Assembly (NCBI GenBank): GCA_964187785.1
Contig: OZ076421.1
Location: forward strand, 54,436,001 to 54,500,000
DNA length: 64,000 nt
Source: Amphiscolops sp. MND2022
Taxonomy: Eukaryota
Direction of reading: 5' to 3'
The notes beneath the pieces are model-generated. The model was not told the DNA's origin. It worked only from the letters and a program-made list of their open reading frames with translations, and searched no databases. Positions 35,634-47,491 of the stretch are shown piece after piece (position 1 is the first letter of the stretch; each line of letters starts with the position of its first letter). A program made the position numbers and the translations under genes.

Positions 35634-37400
35634 TCAGTACACGATCATCTTCCAGTGGTACTGTGTGGGTAGCAACACCAACAGCTTCCACTTCCACCCA
35701 TCGGCTGTAAGCAAAGTCACTGTGACGCAACGTGGTCTACCATGCCAAAGTTGACACAGAAGCGGATCCCTGGGGCAATTCTCCGCGATACACTCGACAA
35801 CGTCCTCGGCAGTGGTCTTCACAGCCTCAGGCTCCAGCAGTACTGCTGGTTTGCGGGACTGGTCACTAGTGGAAGAGTCACGAGCAATGTGATCTGTTTG
35901 TTCACAGTTGAAGCAGGTACCTAGCAGTATGCGCACGGCAGGTGGTGCAGCCGCAGTGTCGGCTGGTGGATTGCTCGGAGGAAGTGGTGACAACAATCCT
36001 TGCGGAAACACCATCTTGTTGCGTTGCAATGGTAGGAAGGGATGAATCCTCGTCGTCATGGTATAGCGGAGATCATAGGGTTGTGATTGCTTTGGACGAT
36101 TTCGTTGTAACGGCCTAGTGGTGAACCTCAGGGACGCCACAGTGGTTCGGGCATGCACGGTGGTTTCAGATGCATAAATAATGAATTATTGGACAGCTCC
36201 CGTCGAAGAGCTGCGTCTCGGACACCAATGAAGCGTTGCAGGATCTCATAACATTTAGTGGAGATGGGCTCTTCAGGAAATCCCCGACTACGCAGCTCTT
36301 CCAAGGAATCCAAATATTGCATCCAGTCTTCCTTTTCTAGCTGATATCGATAAGCGAAGTTTTAAACGCACCTGTATGCAATTATTACTTCCGGTGCCGA
36401 ACTGACTGGCTAGCAGTTCGGATACCTTCTCAGGCGTGTCCCGTTCGGACTCGGCCTTGTTGATGATATAGTTGCGATCTGCGCCCTCCAGGTGGCCGTT
36501 GATGCTCCAGGATTTGTCATCCGGAGTTGCTTTGCCCTGCAAACGTTGTAGATAACGGCAGATGACCAAGATCCAGTCGTCAATGGAGCCCTCTTTGGAT
36601 CCACGATAGACACTGGGCCCTGCTTGTGACGGATCACGGCCGGCCAGCAAGGGAGCCAGCTCCTTCGACATTGCTTTGGATAGCGCAGAGTTGGATACGC
36701 TTTATACGGCCGATACGCCGAGGACCGTCGCGAGGATGCAACGGATGTGGCACCAACGCGCATGGAAGGATTGTTATCGCCAACCAGTTCGTCTTGCATG
36801 CACAATGTTGTCGGTCGTACCTTTTGGTGTTTCCCAGAAGCCTTAGTTCGACTGGCTTCCAGGCGATTTTTGGCGTAGTTCATCACGCCCACAAACGTCA
36901 TACTTTCTAAGATCGCATCAGTGTCTTTGCTGCCGGGGCTGCTAGCATCGGCGGGTGCCCTCGAGCACCCTCCTTCACAAAGCGTCGCATTGATGGCAGT
37001 GATAATGGAATTGGGCCAAACCCCACTGTGCGGGAGACATCGTCAACCCACATCGGGTGTCTTGGATCGATTGTTTAGTCCGGATCAACTCTTCCGAAAC
37101 CGTTGATGTGTTCCGAGAAGGAGCCATGTCATATTAGCAGACGTTGTTTTGTCAGACATTCCTTCTGAAAGGGAGGGATTGGTCAGTAGGGACTTCACCG
37201 ATGGCCACTCCCGTAAGCTCAGGTTACTATCACTTCCCGAGCTGTCGTGTTGTACCGAGCTCAACTCAAGTGTTTCACCAGTTTCGGTCATATCGGACGT
37301 GTTGCACCCGTGCAACTCTAAATTCGCCGTTGAGTCACGCGTGAGCAACTTGGCTATGGCTACTGCGGCTGCCCAAAACATTGCGCGGCAGTTTGCTGTA
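35634..37400 (-). pseudogene. gag: Decayed Gypsy gag
   Basis: PSVYRGSKEGSIDDWILV..RNYIINKAESERDTPEKV, MQYLDSLEELRSRGFPEE, and the zinc-knuckle remnant CFNCEQTDHIARD. Confidence 0.85.
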
Positions 37401-39059
37401 CGGGTACGTGCGTGTTTGGCAAACAGAGATCAGTACTGAGAGTACTGACAAGTTCAATTCAGCACTCGGCCGTCGCTTCAGTGGTCAATTAGTCAACGAT
37501 CTGTCGATCAGGGTTCGCTAGTGCGTCTTGGGAGACTAGAGACGACTGGCAGTACCTCCGGGCACCTCCGGGGACCTCCGGGAACAATTCGGTAAGAAAT
37601 TGAGCCAAAAACTCAATATGCACGTCTCAAAAGGGCCGAAATCACTTGTAGGGGTCTTAGCGAGTTCAAATTCACTCACGCAGTTGTTACCAACCCACAA
37701 ACCCAAAAAATGAGCCTATTTTGGAGCTACACTTTCTCTGAGACAAACACAAGGCGTTTTCAACAAATTCTGAATTTTCTCGAGGAGTACAAAAAAAACA
37801 AAAGTTACGGCTCGTGTTTGTCACTCAAGGGTCGGATCCGGCTCAAAATTGACCAGGGCATCCCACACTTACGTAGGTACACGGAATTGAGCACCGATTT
37901 GGGCTCCGAGGCTCGTACACTGTTTCACCTTGGTAAAAACGTGCGGTACACCTCTGCGTCAGTAGGGGTCAAATTGTACTCTCATCGTACAATTTCCAAG
38001 CACCGGATAAAGCTAGCGGTTTGATTTTTTCGCTATCCACGCACCAACCAGAACATATTAAAAATACGATAGTGGGCAGCAATTTATTCTAACTTTTCAT
38101 TGAAGGTGTTCAGGCACTTCCAAAAAGTTTCCTTTTCGCATCTCTTTTTGTGCAGTACGTTTTCATCAATTTCTCAGCCTTTTTCCACTTTTCACACTTT
38201 TCCACCAGAAAAATCACGTTTTTCTACCTAAAAGTGTTGCGGGAATGATCAACACTGATTTTTGCCGACTTTCTCAGGGATCGAAGCTACTTTTGCCTCA
38301 CTTTTTGCAAAGCAATGTTGGACTTACGGAGCACTCGTGCTCCAACCAAAGAAAAACATGAAAAAACACAAACAAGCGCTAAAAAATTTGCTTTCTTTGT
38401 TCAAAACGTTCCATAGCAAAGAATGTCACTGACCTCCACCAACGATTCCCCAATAAAAAGGTGCAAATTCAAACGCGAACCATGACCATCTGAGCGAGGC
38501 TCCTGCCTTTCTCCACGCCCAGACCAGCTGGAGACATGCCGTTTAGACCATTAGCACCGGCCGTACTTGCACTCGCTGTCCAACAAAAGTCGCCTCTCTT
38601 GGACGTCTCCTCGAAAAACAGGAAACAACGAACCGCAACACTCCATCTCGCCCCACCGTCGCATGGGTGAAGTATGGTTTTCCATTCACCCACGGCCATC
38701 TTGCATGGCTCAAAAAGCTGAAAATAGCTGCAAATACCTGTTAAACACCGGCAGCGACGTACTACGGTCACAACTACCTGCAAATAACATAACCGCTGAT
38801 GGGTAAACTCACAACAAAATCACAAAACATGCATTTACTGGTTTTTCCCCTGAAAACGCATGGCATTATCACACCTGAAAACCGGCTTTTTTACGGGTTT
38901 TTCTGAGTCTATTTCGTTCCAGTTCGCAAGAATACGTACAGTCGCTTGAAAGGGAAGCAAAACTCTGGCTCTCTCCCGCCAAGAGTCAAAACTGTCTTGG
39001 CGCTCGACACCGGTGGGCCAGATCTTTCAAAAACCATGCAGGAAAGCTTCCCAAGACGA

Positions 39060-39076
39060 TCCGTTTGTGGTCGCCA
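39060..39076 (-). promoter_or_regulatory. Primer-binding site, tRNA-Arg-like
   Basis: Minus strand reads TGGCGACCACAAACGGA, 15 nt inside the 5' LTR end. It matches 15/17 of the complement of a tRNA-Arg 3' end (TGGCGACCACGAAGGGA), recalled from knowledge. Confidence 0.6.
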
Positions 39077-39091
39077 AAAAATGATGCTTCA

Positions 39092-39731
39092 TGTAACGGC
39101 AAGCGCTGAGCGATTCTATCAAAACAATGGAAAGGAGGAACTGGTACCATGGATATGGTCCGGGAAAAACCACCATGACACCAGCTCACTTTGTCCTCAT
39201 AAGGATAGCCTGTCCCGAGGAAGGAGAACCGTCTCTAAGGGTGCTCTGCTCTCTGGCCTGATACAAATCTGTAATTGCTGAGAATCACAGGCATTGTATT
39301 TTCTTCTCTCAACCACCGCGTAGATATCTTGTAAAAACGGGAAGGTCATAATAAACTGAATTTCTCCAGCGGGAATCGGAGTAAATGCAACAAACAAGAA
39401 AATGACCCTCGAGCATATTGTTAATTGTACAACAAACGTACACACATTAAAATAATGAAGTCCAGTCCGGCGAAAGCTGTGGATATTCGGGCGGCCTGGC
39501 ATCAGCCCTCGAGCTGGGTGGCAATCACCGTGGTTTTTGTTTTCTTTTGCTAATTTTTCTGTCTACACTCGCGTTTGTCTCGCTCTCTTTCGGAGGCGGC
39601 TTCCTTGACCGTCTTTCAACACTTTCTGCTGACAGATACATCGCCAAAATCTTGCTTGGGTGCCACGTCAGTTTCGAAGGAGTTTTTCATAAACGATGTC
39701 AAAATTTCGTTAGCAATAGGATGCCGTTACG
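39092..39731 (-). repeat. 5' LTR of the large Gypsy element
   Basis: TGTAACGG...CCGTTAC(G). Aligns with 23847-24542 apart from an ~25-nt insertion and an ~80-90-nt deletion. Confidence 0.8.
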
Positions 39732-41089
39732 TGTCAAAACACCGAAAAAGTGCCTTTCAGGGTCAGAAAACGGTCCAAAATTCGGATATAGCGTGCTGGG
39801 TCACATTCGAGCACTTTTTTTGAACATCCGCCTCCTCTTTAGTAGAAGGCCGTTTAATTCGGATAAAATGTCATACTCCGGTATTGCGCAAAATTTTAGG
39901 ACTTCGACCTTTTCTTTAGTGGAACGCAACTTACGTCAGATATAACGTCAAAATTTTGGATAGTTTTGAAAAAAAACTTTTAGTGGATTTACATTGAGAA
40001 ACTTTCAACAACAAAGAAATGAGGTTAAACATCTTTCGATTTTTTTTCGGTAAATGTTTCGAGTAATTGTCTCAGGTATGTCGCATAGTGCCTAAACCCT
40101 ATATGCTCTATGCTCACAAAGACTTTCGTTTCTAGTAAAATCGAGGCTTCAAAAAAACAAATGAGAGAAAAAAGTAGCAGAGTACCAAAGAAACTCCCGT
40201 CTTTAGAAAAAAACAAAACTCGCATATAGCGCAATAATTTTGAACCTTCGCTTCTTTTTTAGTGAAACGCAGTATAATTTGGATATAACGCAAAATCTTT
40301 GAAACTCGAACATTTCTGTAATGGAACGCAAGTTACTTCATATAAAACGTAAATTGATAGGCTATAACCTTGTTGAAACTGTATGAACTTGTTGAATGTC
40401 CTTCAATGTTGCCAGCACATTTCAATATTCTTTCCTAAGATTCTTAGAAAAACTTTCATGCAAAAACATTTCGCTCTTGTATATAACTTTCATCAATCTT
40501 GAAACAAAATACATATCCTAACGAAGTTTAATAATTGTCTGACTAACAACCAACTCCTAACCGTTGTTCCAAAAACTCCCGGATCTTTTCTGTTAATTCC
40601 CTCACAGTAAGCGCGGACGTTTCATTTCCCCACCACTATCAGCGATGAGATTCAGTTGCAGTTAGAGTTCTGAAATTCTGCAATTTGATTGATTGATATC
40701 GATGTTTCAGTAATAATTTCACATGACCATTGCTACGAAGTTCGCTCATTTCGCTTTTTTGGGTTCTTTGCGTTAATCACTTGCTGGACTTTTTTCCTTT
40801 ACTCACTTCTAGTTGACATCTTGGTGAAGATATGATTGCTTTGAACAACGTATTCCAAATTTATAGTCTAGGTTCTGCGCTTTACAAAAGTAGAGATTGA
40901 ATGGAAACTGAAAAAAAGGTTGGATCAGAGGTTGAAGCACAAATATGAATGAATGACTTTACAAGTACAAATTAGTTATACCCTCCTAGCATCATTTGTT
41001 CATTTCGACGTACCATAAATTTCCTCGAGATATAGTCACTTCCTGTATTTTCGCGGCCAATTTCATTTTCTATTTCAATCCACGTCAAC

Positions 41090-41228
41090 ATCTTGTCGAT
41101 TTCAAAGACATGAAATCCTCAATTTAGTATTAGTCATCACACATGATCATATCATTTCATTCCAGCGTCATTTTGTTTCCTCCCAAGCAGGAAGTAGACT
41201 CTATTTCAGTCTGTCAAACCGGAAATGA
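41090..41228 (+). repeat. Dispersed repeat copy (inverted partner at 43132-43270)
   Basis: gtcatc..catgatcatatc.tttcattcc.gcgtc.ttttgtttcctcccaagcaggaag..ttcagtctgtcaaaccggaaatg is shared with the reverse complement of 43132-43270. Confidence 0.85.
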
Positions 41229-42039
41229 TTCCTTATTTTACTGCTTTGGTTGGCGTAAAAGTTGACGCGGAGCTATCGATGACGTGAACAACTAATACCT
41301 GATTTTGGATTTCGACCTGAAGAAAAGTTATGACTATTTTCTAAAATGACGATTTATAATGATGCTAGGAAAGGTAAAATGTACACCGTTTAACAGTGAT
41401 TCAAATAGTTTGATGTAATAACCATTTACAATTAGCAAAACGCCATTTGTCATATCAAACAAAAAAATTAGGCAACGAAATGACAACGTCAATTTTTAAA
41501 ATGAACGCAACAGTATCAAAATATTGTACAAATCTTTAGAAAGCATCATTAGAATCATTAATTCTAGTTTTATAAAATTAGACAAATTTGCTTGACACGT
41601 CGAGCAGACGTCAATTCTGTAGAAATGCTACTTAAAAACGTTACAGCAAACAATACTGGCAAGGGATTACTACATATTGTGAATATAAACCGTGATTTAC
41701 ACTTGTGATCATTTAAACAAGTTTCTTGAATTAGACAATTAGGATATCTCACTTTTCTTTTCAAATAATTTGATTCTCACATGACAAGAAGGGGACCTGA
41801 AAACCGACATAATTTAGTTAAAATTGCTCGATGACGTAAAGGTGAGGTGAAAATCTGATGCTTCTATAATTTTCCCTAATACTGACGTTATTCTAACGCA
41901 TATTAGACCAGTTTTAAAGGGCCTTTTCCTGCTAAAATTATTTATTTAAAACCTTTCAAACGCTTATTTTCATAAGATTGCGACGTGGCGTTGACAAGTT
42001 ATATTGCAACTTGCCTAGATTGACGAGATGCTGACTAGT

Positions 42040-42235
42040 ATTTAAGAACGAATTTGTAACTAGCTGCCAGGCTAGTGACGTAGTGTTGACGAGTAATTTG
42101 GAATGAAATTCTAGCTAGCTGCCAAGCAGTGACGTAGTCGCGACGTGATATTGGAATGCTTCATAGCTAGTTGCCAAGCTGTGACGTAGCGGCGGCGCAA
42201 ATTCAATTGTATTGGCGACGCAGTGACGTAGATTA
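42040..42235 (+). repeat. Degenerate ~55-bp tandem repeat with a TGACGTAG core (LTR-like)
   Basis: agct.gccaagc.gtgacgtag occurs 3 times, plus a fourth cagtgacgtag. Confidence 0.6.
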
Positions 42236-43131
42236 GTTTTAGTTTGTTTTTTATTCAATAGAGTCCGGGCGCGGACTGTGACAACCGTTTATCTAGGTGT
42301 AATTAAACTGGTGCGGGGTCAAATTAACAGAAAAGATACAAACTCTCATCTCCCAATTTGGTACCACACGGGTGTTCATCCGGGGCTTCAAAATTCAGGG
42401 TATCAACTTTATAGTTCGATCAGTAAAAAACGCAGAATTGTTAGAAAAACAATTTACGAATTCAACGCAAATCTCGGATTCAGCGTGCTACGAGAAATGG
42501 AGCGCTTCTTTGAACCTCTGCTAAAAACCGGGCTATTTTCCGCCACACGTTTAAAGTGGATAAAGAAAAGTCGAGTGTTGACATAATTTGAAAACAAAAT
42601 GCAACAGTGATGCTGATTTTCATTCCACTTACAAAACAAATTGTTGTGGCGGGAAATAACAACCACTCTTCACTTTCATGGTGTCACAGCCCGCTCCCGG
42701 TCTGGAATGCTGCTGTAAGAGAGTAGGGATCAGCAGAGGTCACGGGTGCAGCTTGAGATTCCCGAGAAGGTATTTCGGTTACTAAAATCAAACTTCAATT
42801 CTAAGCTTGTAATGAACTCTAATTGAAGGTAAAGACGTACGTCCGTTTTGCGGAAAATCCTAAATAGAAATGACCACCAAAATGAACAGATTGAAACAAT
42901 TTCACGCATTTCCGTCAAGACGCTTTAGTTACGACAAAACGAACATTCTCCATCTGAAATCTAAATTATTACGCGTCCCGAAATGAAATCAAAAACTAAT
43001 CTAGATGAAAACCATATCAAAAATAATCGTTGAGAAAGATCATAATTACATCTGAAATACAAATTGAATTGAGATGACACACTAAAAGAATTACACTGAA
43101 AGAAAGAAAAGGAGCTTCGGTTTGACAGACA

Positions 43132-43490
43132 TTTCCGGTTTGACAGACTGAAGTAATATCTTCTTCCTGCTTGGGAGGAAACAAAAGGACGCCGGAATGA
43201 AAAGATATGATCATGATTGATGACTGAAACTAGATTAGAATTGCCGTGTCCTAAAATTTGACGAAATGTCGACGCAAATTTGGGATCATATTAATTTTCG
43301 GAAAGTAAGCGTTTGCTTGTGGAATCCCAAAAGGAAATATTGAAAATACTGAAACCTGAAACGAACAAGAATGTAAGAGAACAAGAAGAAAATGTCTTCC
43401 AGAACGAACCTAGAGAGTTTTACACTCCGACAAGTTCGGTTTGGATTAGCTCTACTTTAAACGACGATACGAACATAAGTCGTAACACAT
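43132..43490 (+). repeat. Inverted copy of the 41.1-kb repeat plus a retroelement-like ORF fragment
   Basis: 43132-43270 is the reverse complement of 41090-41228. The adjoining ESQKEILKILKP..EPREFYTPT fragment ends at cgtaaca. Confidence 0.5.
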
Positions 43491-43843
43491 GGTATTGGCT
43501 AAAACGCGTCCAATCAAATTCGAACTGAAAGTCGAAAAGTGAGAGAGAAAACGAGAGAACAGACTATTCAATGCCTAAAATTGACCAAAACGGTAACAGA
43601 CGCTTCAAGTTGAATTGAAGGAAAGTCAGCATTTTGAAAGGTTCGAGGTACTAGAAGAACTAAAATTCTTTCCAAGTGCAGTTCAGTTTCTGTCCAAGTA
43701 CAGCAATTAGAGTCTATGAGCACACCGCGGCAGCTTTTGAAACAGAAGAATGTTTGGAGCGACACACCACACCACTTCAGAGGCCTCATGATTTTAAATA
43801 TAAATAGCACCAAGCCAGGACCGGCCCAAGTCGGCGCCATATC

Positions 43844-44095
43844 TCAGACTCAAAAATAGCGAGAGCACTTCAAAATGTCAAAGTATTCTCTTCTACAGTA
43901 CCTGAGAAAAATCCAAAATGTTGGACCGAATTGGCACGCTGGGGACCTTTTCGCATTTTTCAACATCCATTGTTGCAAAACATCAAAAAATTGAAGGGGG
44001 ACACTTTTGTGAAAAAACACTTTTCTGAAAAAGTCTCAATGCCGAAAAAACTGAAAGGGACCCTTTAGTCTCGCCATCTTCAAAGTCTTCAGTCT
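43844..44095 (+). repeat. GGGGACCCTTT interspersed repeat family, copy 1
   Basis: Shares aaaacatcaaaaaattgaagggg and aatgccgaaaaaactgaaa with 46197-46640 and the reverse complement of 62350-62670. Confidence 0.8.
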
Positions 44096-44281
44096 GGCAA
44101 TCTTCAAAAAAGGACTCCCTCGCCGTCGATGGATTGAAAAACCCTCCGAAAATACAAAAAAACTTGATAGGGCATGTTGAAATTTTGTTAGGGCAGGTCT
44201 TAATAGAATTCTTCAGTTGTAACAGATTTCTCCGTCACTGCAGTCGTTTTCGAAATGTAATATGGACTTTTTGTCCTGCGG

Positions 44282-44400
44282 TTAGGACATATTTCCGGGT
44301 CTGGTGAGAGGCGCTTGAGAACCAGGAGCACGACGGTTTGAGTCCCATCTGAGACAATTTGTCTTGCGCTTGCGCATGTAGAGGAAAGACAAAATCTCCC
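44282..44400 (+). mobile_element. tRNA-derived SINE-like sequence
   Basis: A-box-like TCTGGTGAGAGG (~44300) and B-box-like GGTTTGAGTCCC (44335-44346); no cloverleaf. Confidence 0.4.
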
Positions 44401-46196
44401 TTTTTGGGGTTCTTATTGGTACTATGTTACTTTTTTCATTCATTTCACCGAAGCCTCCTTCAAGTTTAGCATGCATAAATCAGAGCAGAGGACACTTTAA
44501 TGTTTCCAGCACTTTGCAATTTTTCCAGAAAAAAAATAGAAACAAAAAGTTACCAAATTGTCTTCGAAAAAGTTAAAGGTGATTGTTTGTTCCTACGAAA
44601 TTTAACTTTTGAGGTTTTCAGTTGAAGAAAGCCTTTCTCCGAGTCTAAGAGTGATATCTATGATTATTTTTTGGCCCTTTTAGACTGATAAGAGTTTTCC
44701 AACTAATTGTGGAAAAGACATATTTTTTTCTCGAAAATTTTATTTAGTCGAATGGTACCACCTTCGTATTATGTGACTTTCTTGGCTTCAGAAAAGCGTG
44801 TTGCAAACATGAACGGTCTTGTCGGTTTTTCGGCACTTTGAGACTTTCGAGATAGAAAAAGTTTCAAAGGTTTCTATTTACACTATGCGACATTTATTGG
44901 AACGTCGATCAACTCATGCTACAAAGGTTTTCCAAATTTTCGATGGAGATTCAAAGAATGCGATAGCAAAAAAGTAAAAAATCAAGATGACGACCTAGCA
45001 GGTACTGAAAATCGAAAAGGAAAACAAAACACTAACACAACACCCTCCCCGTAGACACTGACAGGACCCCAAAGAAGCTGATAACTGACAGAAGAACACC
45101 GTGTTGTGCTATCTTACCCAGGAAAATGCCTTGGAAGACCCAGAAACAAGGTATCACCTGTTCATGGATTCTAAAGAAAACCCCAAAACCTGCACGAGAG
45201 TGCTAGAAGAACTCAATTTGGATGATTCTAGTGTCATTGATGTTGTTTTACAGGTTTTTGGTGATTCTGGATCTAGCAGATCCCTAATCTGGTAATTTTA
45301 GATCCTATTCCGGAAATTCAATGTACTCTAGCTAAACCCTCTTTTTGGACCTCGGGAGTATGCAGGAACCTTGAGATACGATTTTTACAGGCTTGTGGGA
45401 CGTGTCCGGACTTTGAGTGTGCCGGCACGTTGCCACGGAGCTCTTATTTGAAGAGTCTCTGTCGACGAGTGAAAAAGTCCCTTGGGAGACCTTTAGCGAC
45501 TAAAAAATAGAGTTTAGGTTAGCTTTAGGACTATTTTCTCCCGTCTAGGCAACCTGAGCATTGTCCCAGTTCTGGCATGTTACTAGCTTGACGTTACATA
45601 CTTTTACCAGAACTTCCCTTAAATTTCTGGGAAAAACAACGTGTTTTGCGAGCAAAGAGAGTTTTTCGGCACTATGCGAGTTATCAAAGACATTTTTCAT
45701 GATCAATTTTTGGTTTTGTGAGCATTTCTGTTAAGGAAAACCATTTTGCGAGCTCCATGGTGACATCTTTGGTTTTCAATATCCTGTGGCACTGATGAGA
45801 AAATTCTCAATACCAGTGGAAACGAAGTTTTTGAAAAAAAGACCTTTCTTGGAGGGTATGAAATCTTCGCAAAAAACAAAAAAAACACAAGTTGTTTATG
45901 AAACGGCCGAAACTTCCTATTTTTCTTAATTCAAGTTAGCAATAAAACAGCCGGAACTTCCTATTTTTCTTTTGTTTTTGTCAACTTTGCAATTTCTTAA
46001 CAAAAACTAGATCAATGTAATTGATACAGGTTAGAAAATGCCTACTGGGTGACAAAATACGACAGGCCTATAAACTGACCATGCTTAAAACCTCAAATAC
46101 TGTGATTTGCAGAAATAAGATAGACATTGATTTCTGTTGGTCATTCTTCCACGCCATCGTGGACGTTCAGCAGATTAGTTGTTTACTCGACAAAAT

Positions 46197-46640
46197 ATCT
46201 AAAGCTCAAACGTAGCAAAAGTACTTCAAAGTGTCAAGAGTTTTTACAGTACCCGAAAAACCCGAAAATTGGGGTCAGACGCCAGGGGTGACGCTTTGGG
46301 ATTTTTCATCCATAGTCACAAAACATCAAAAAAATTGAAGGGGGACCCTTTGGGATTTTTTTTCAAAAAAAGCCTCACAATGCCGAAAAAAACTGAAACA
46401 TCTATTTCCTTTGGTCTCGCCACGTATTGTATGTTGCGGGGGAAAAGGAGAAACCTTTTGGTTCAGTTCTCTGGGCCAAATGGTTCAATTTGACACCAAA
46501 AAATTTGGTAGAACTTTTAAAAACTGTTTTGGTAAGTTCATGTGGATTGTAAAAAATTCACTATAATAGTCGCGTTTCACTTCATGAAGCGTCGACTAGT
46601 GGAGCAAATTTTAATGAAATGTACTTTCTCGTTATAAAAT
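46197..46640 (+). repeat. GGGGACCCTTT interspersed repeat family, copy 2
   Basis: Same motifs as 43844-44095. Confidence 0.8.
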
Positions 46641-47491
46641 CTCATGAATCGTTTTTTTTACTTTGGTCAAACAAATTTGAGGTTCTAGAGTCAATTTGGT
46701 CTGCGTTAGTTTCAGAACATGGCTTCAAATCATAATGCAAGATGGTTCAAATCAAAATGCGATAAAAATGCGAGAGGTTTCAAAATGAAGTGTTTCAGCA
46801 AGCTTTTGCCAGTCGAATGATAAACGAGATATTGTTGAGAGAATTGTGCTCAGTGGTCAAATGTCGCTCTGTGTTTAGTACTAAAACCATTTTAAAACCA
46901 TGTAAGTCTTTCACAACACTCACATCATTTTATTGCGTGCGGTCTTAACCTATATATTCATGTAATATGAAAAACAGAATGTGTTTTGGACATTCAAATT
47001 TTCTTGTGTCAGAGTTCACACAAAATAATTTTCCCAAAATTATATCATCTCCTCCTTACCATTACTTTTAGCGCGCAAAATTCCAAAATTATTAGTTTTT
47101 GTTTTAATCGTTTAATTTTTTGTCGCAATTATTTGTTCATCCACACTCTGAAATGACAAAGGTAAATTGTTTCACAATCTGATGCATTGACTGTGATTTT
47201 GACTAACAATTAAGAAGATGCAGATTGTAAGCCACTTGAAATGAGTTTCGAAATGAAGTCCTAGACCGACCGACAAAAACTCTGATGTGTGAACTATAAA
47301 GATTCTACATGATGAATTTTTGAAGCAACGTATGAGCCAACAAACAAGCGTATTTTGCCGAAACATTCCATTGACGTGATTACGAATGTTGCTGAAGGTT
47401 TGATGAAAAGACAACTCAATCATTTTCGGCAATTCAGAATATTTGAGGATCTGAATTCTCATTGATGCATAATCGCATGATCATCTGTTAG

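Larger units (their letters stand above)
23847..39731 (-). mobile_element. Large (~15.9 kb) decayed Ty3/Gypsy LTR retrotransposon with extra 3' ORFs
   Basis: Two homologous direct repeats (23847-24542, 39092-39731), a PBS, and gag-PR-RT-RH-IN in Gypsy order on the minus strand, followed by ~6 kb of additional ORF remnants. No matching TSD seen. Confidence 0.85.
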
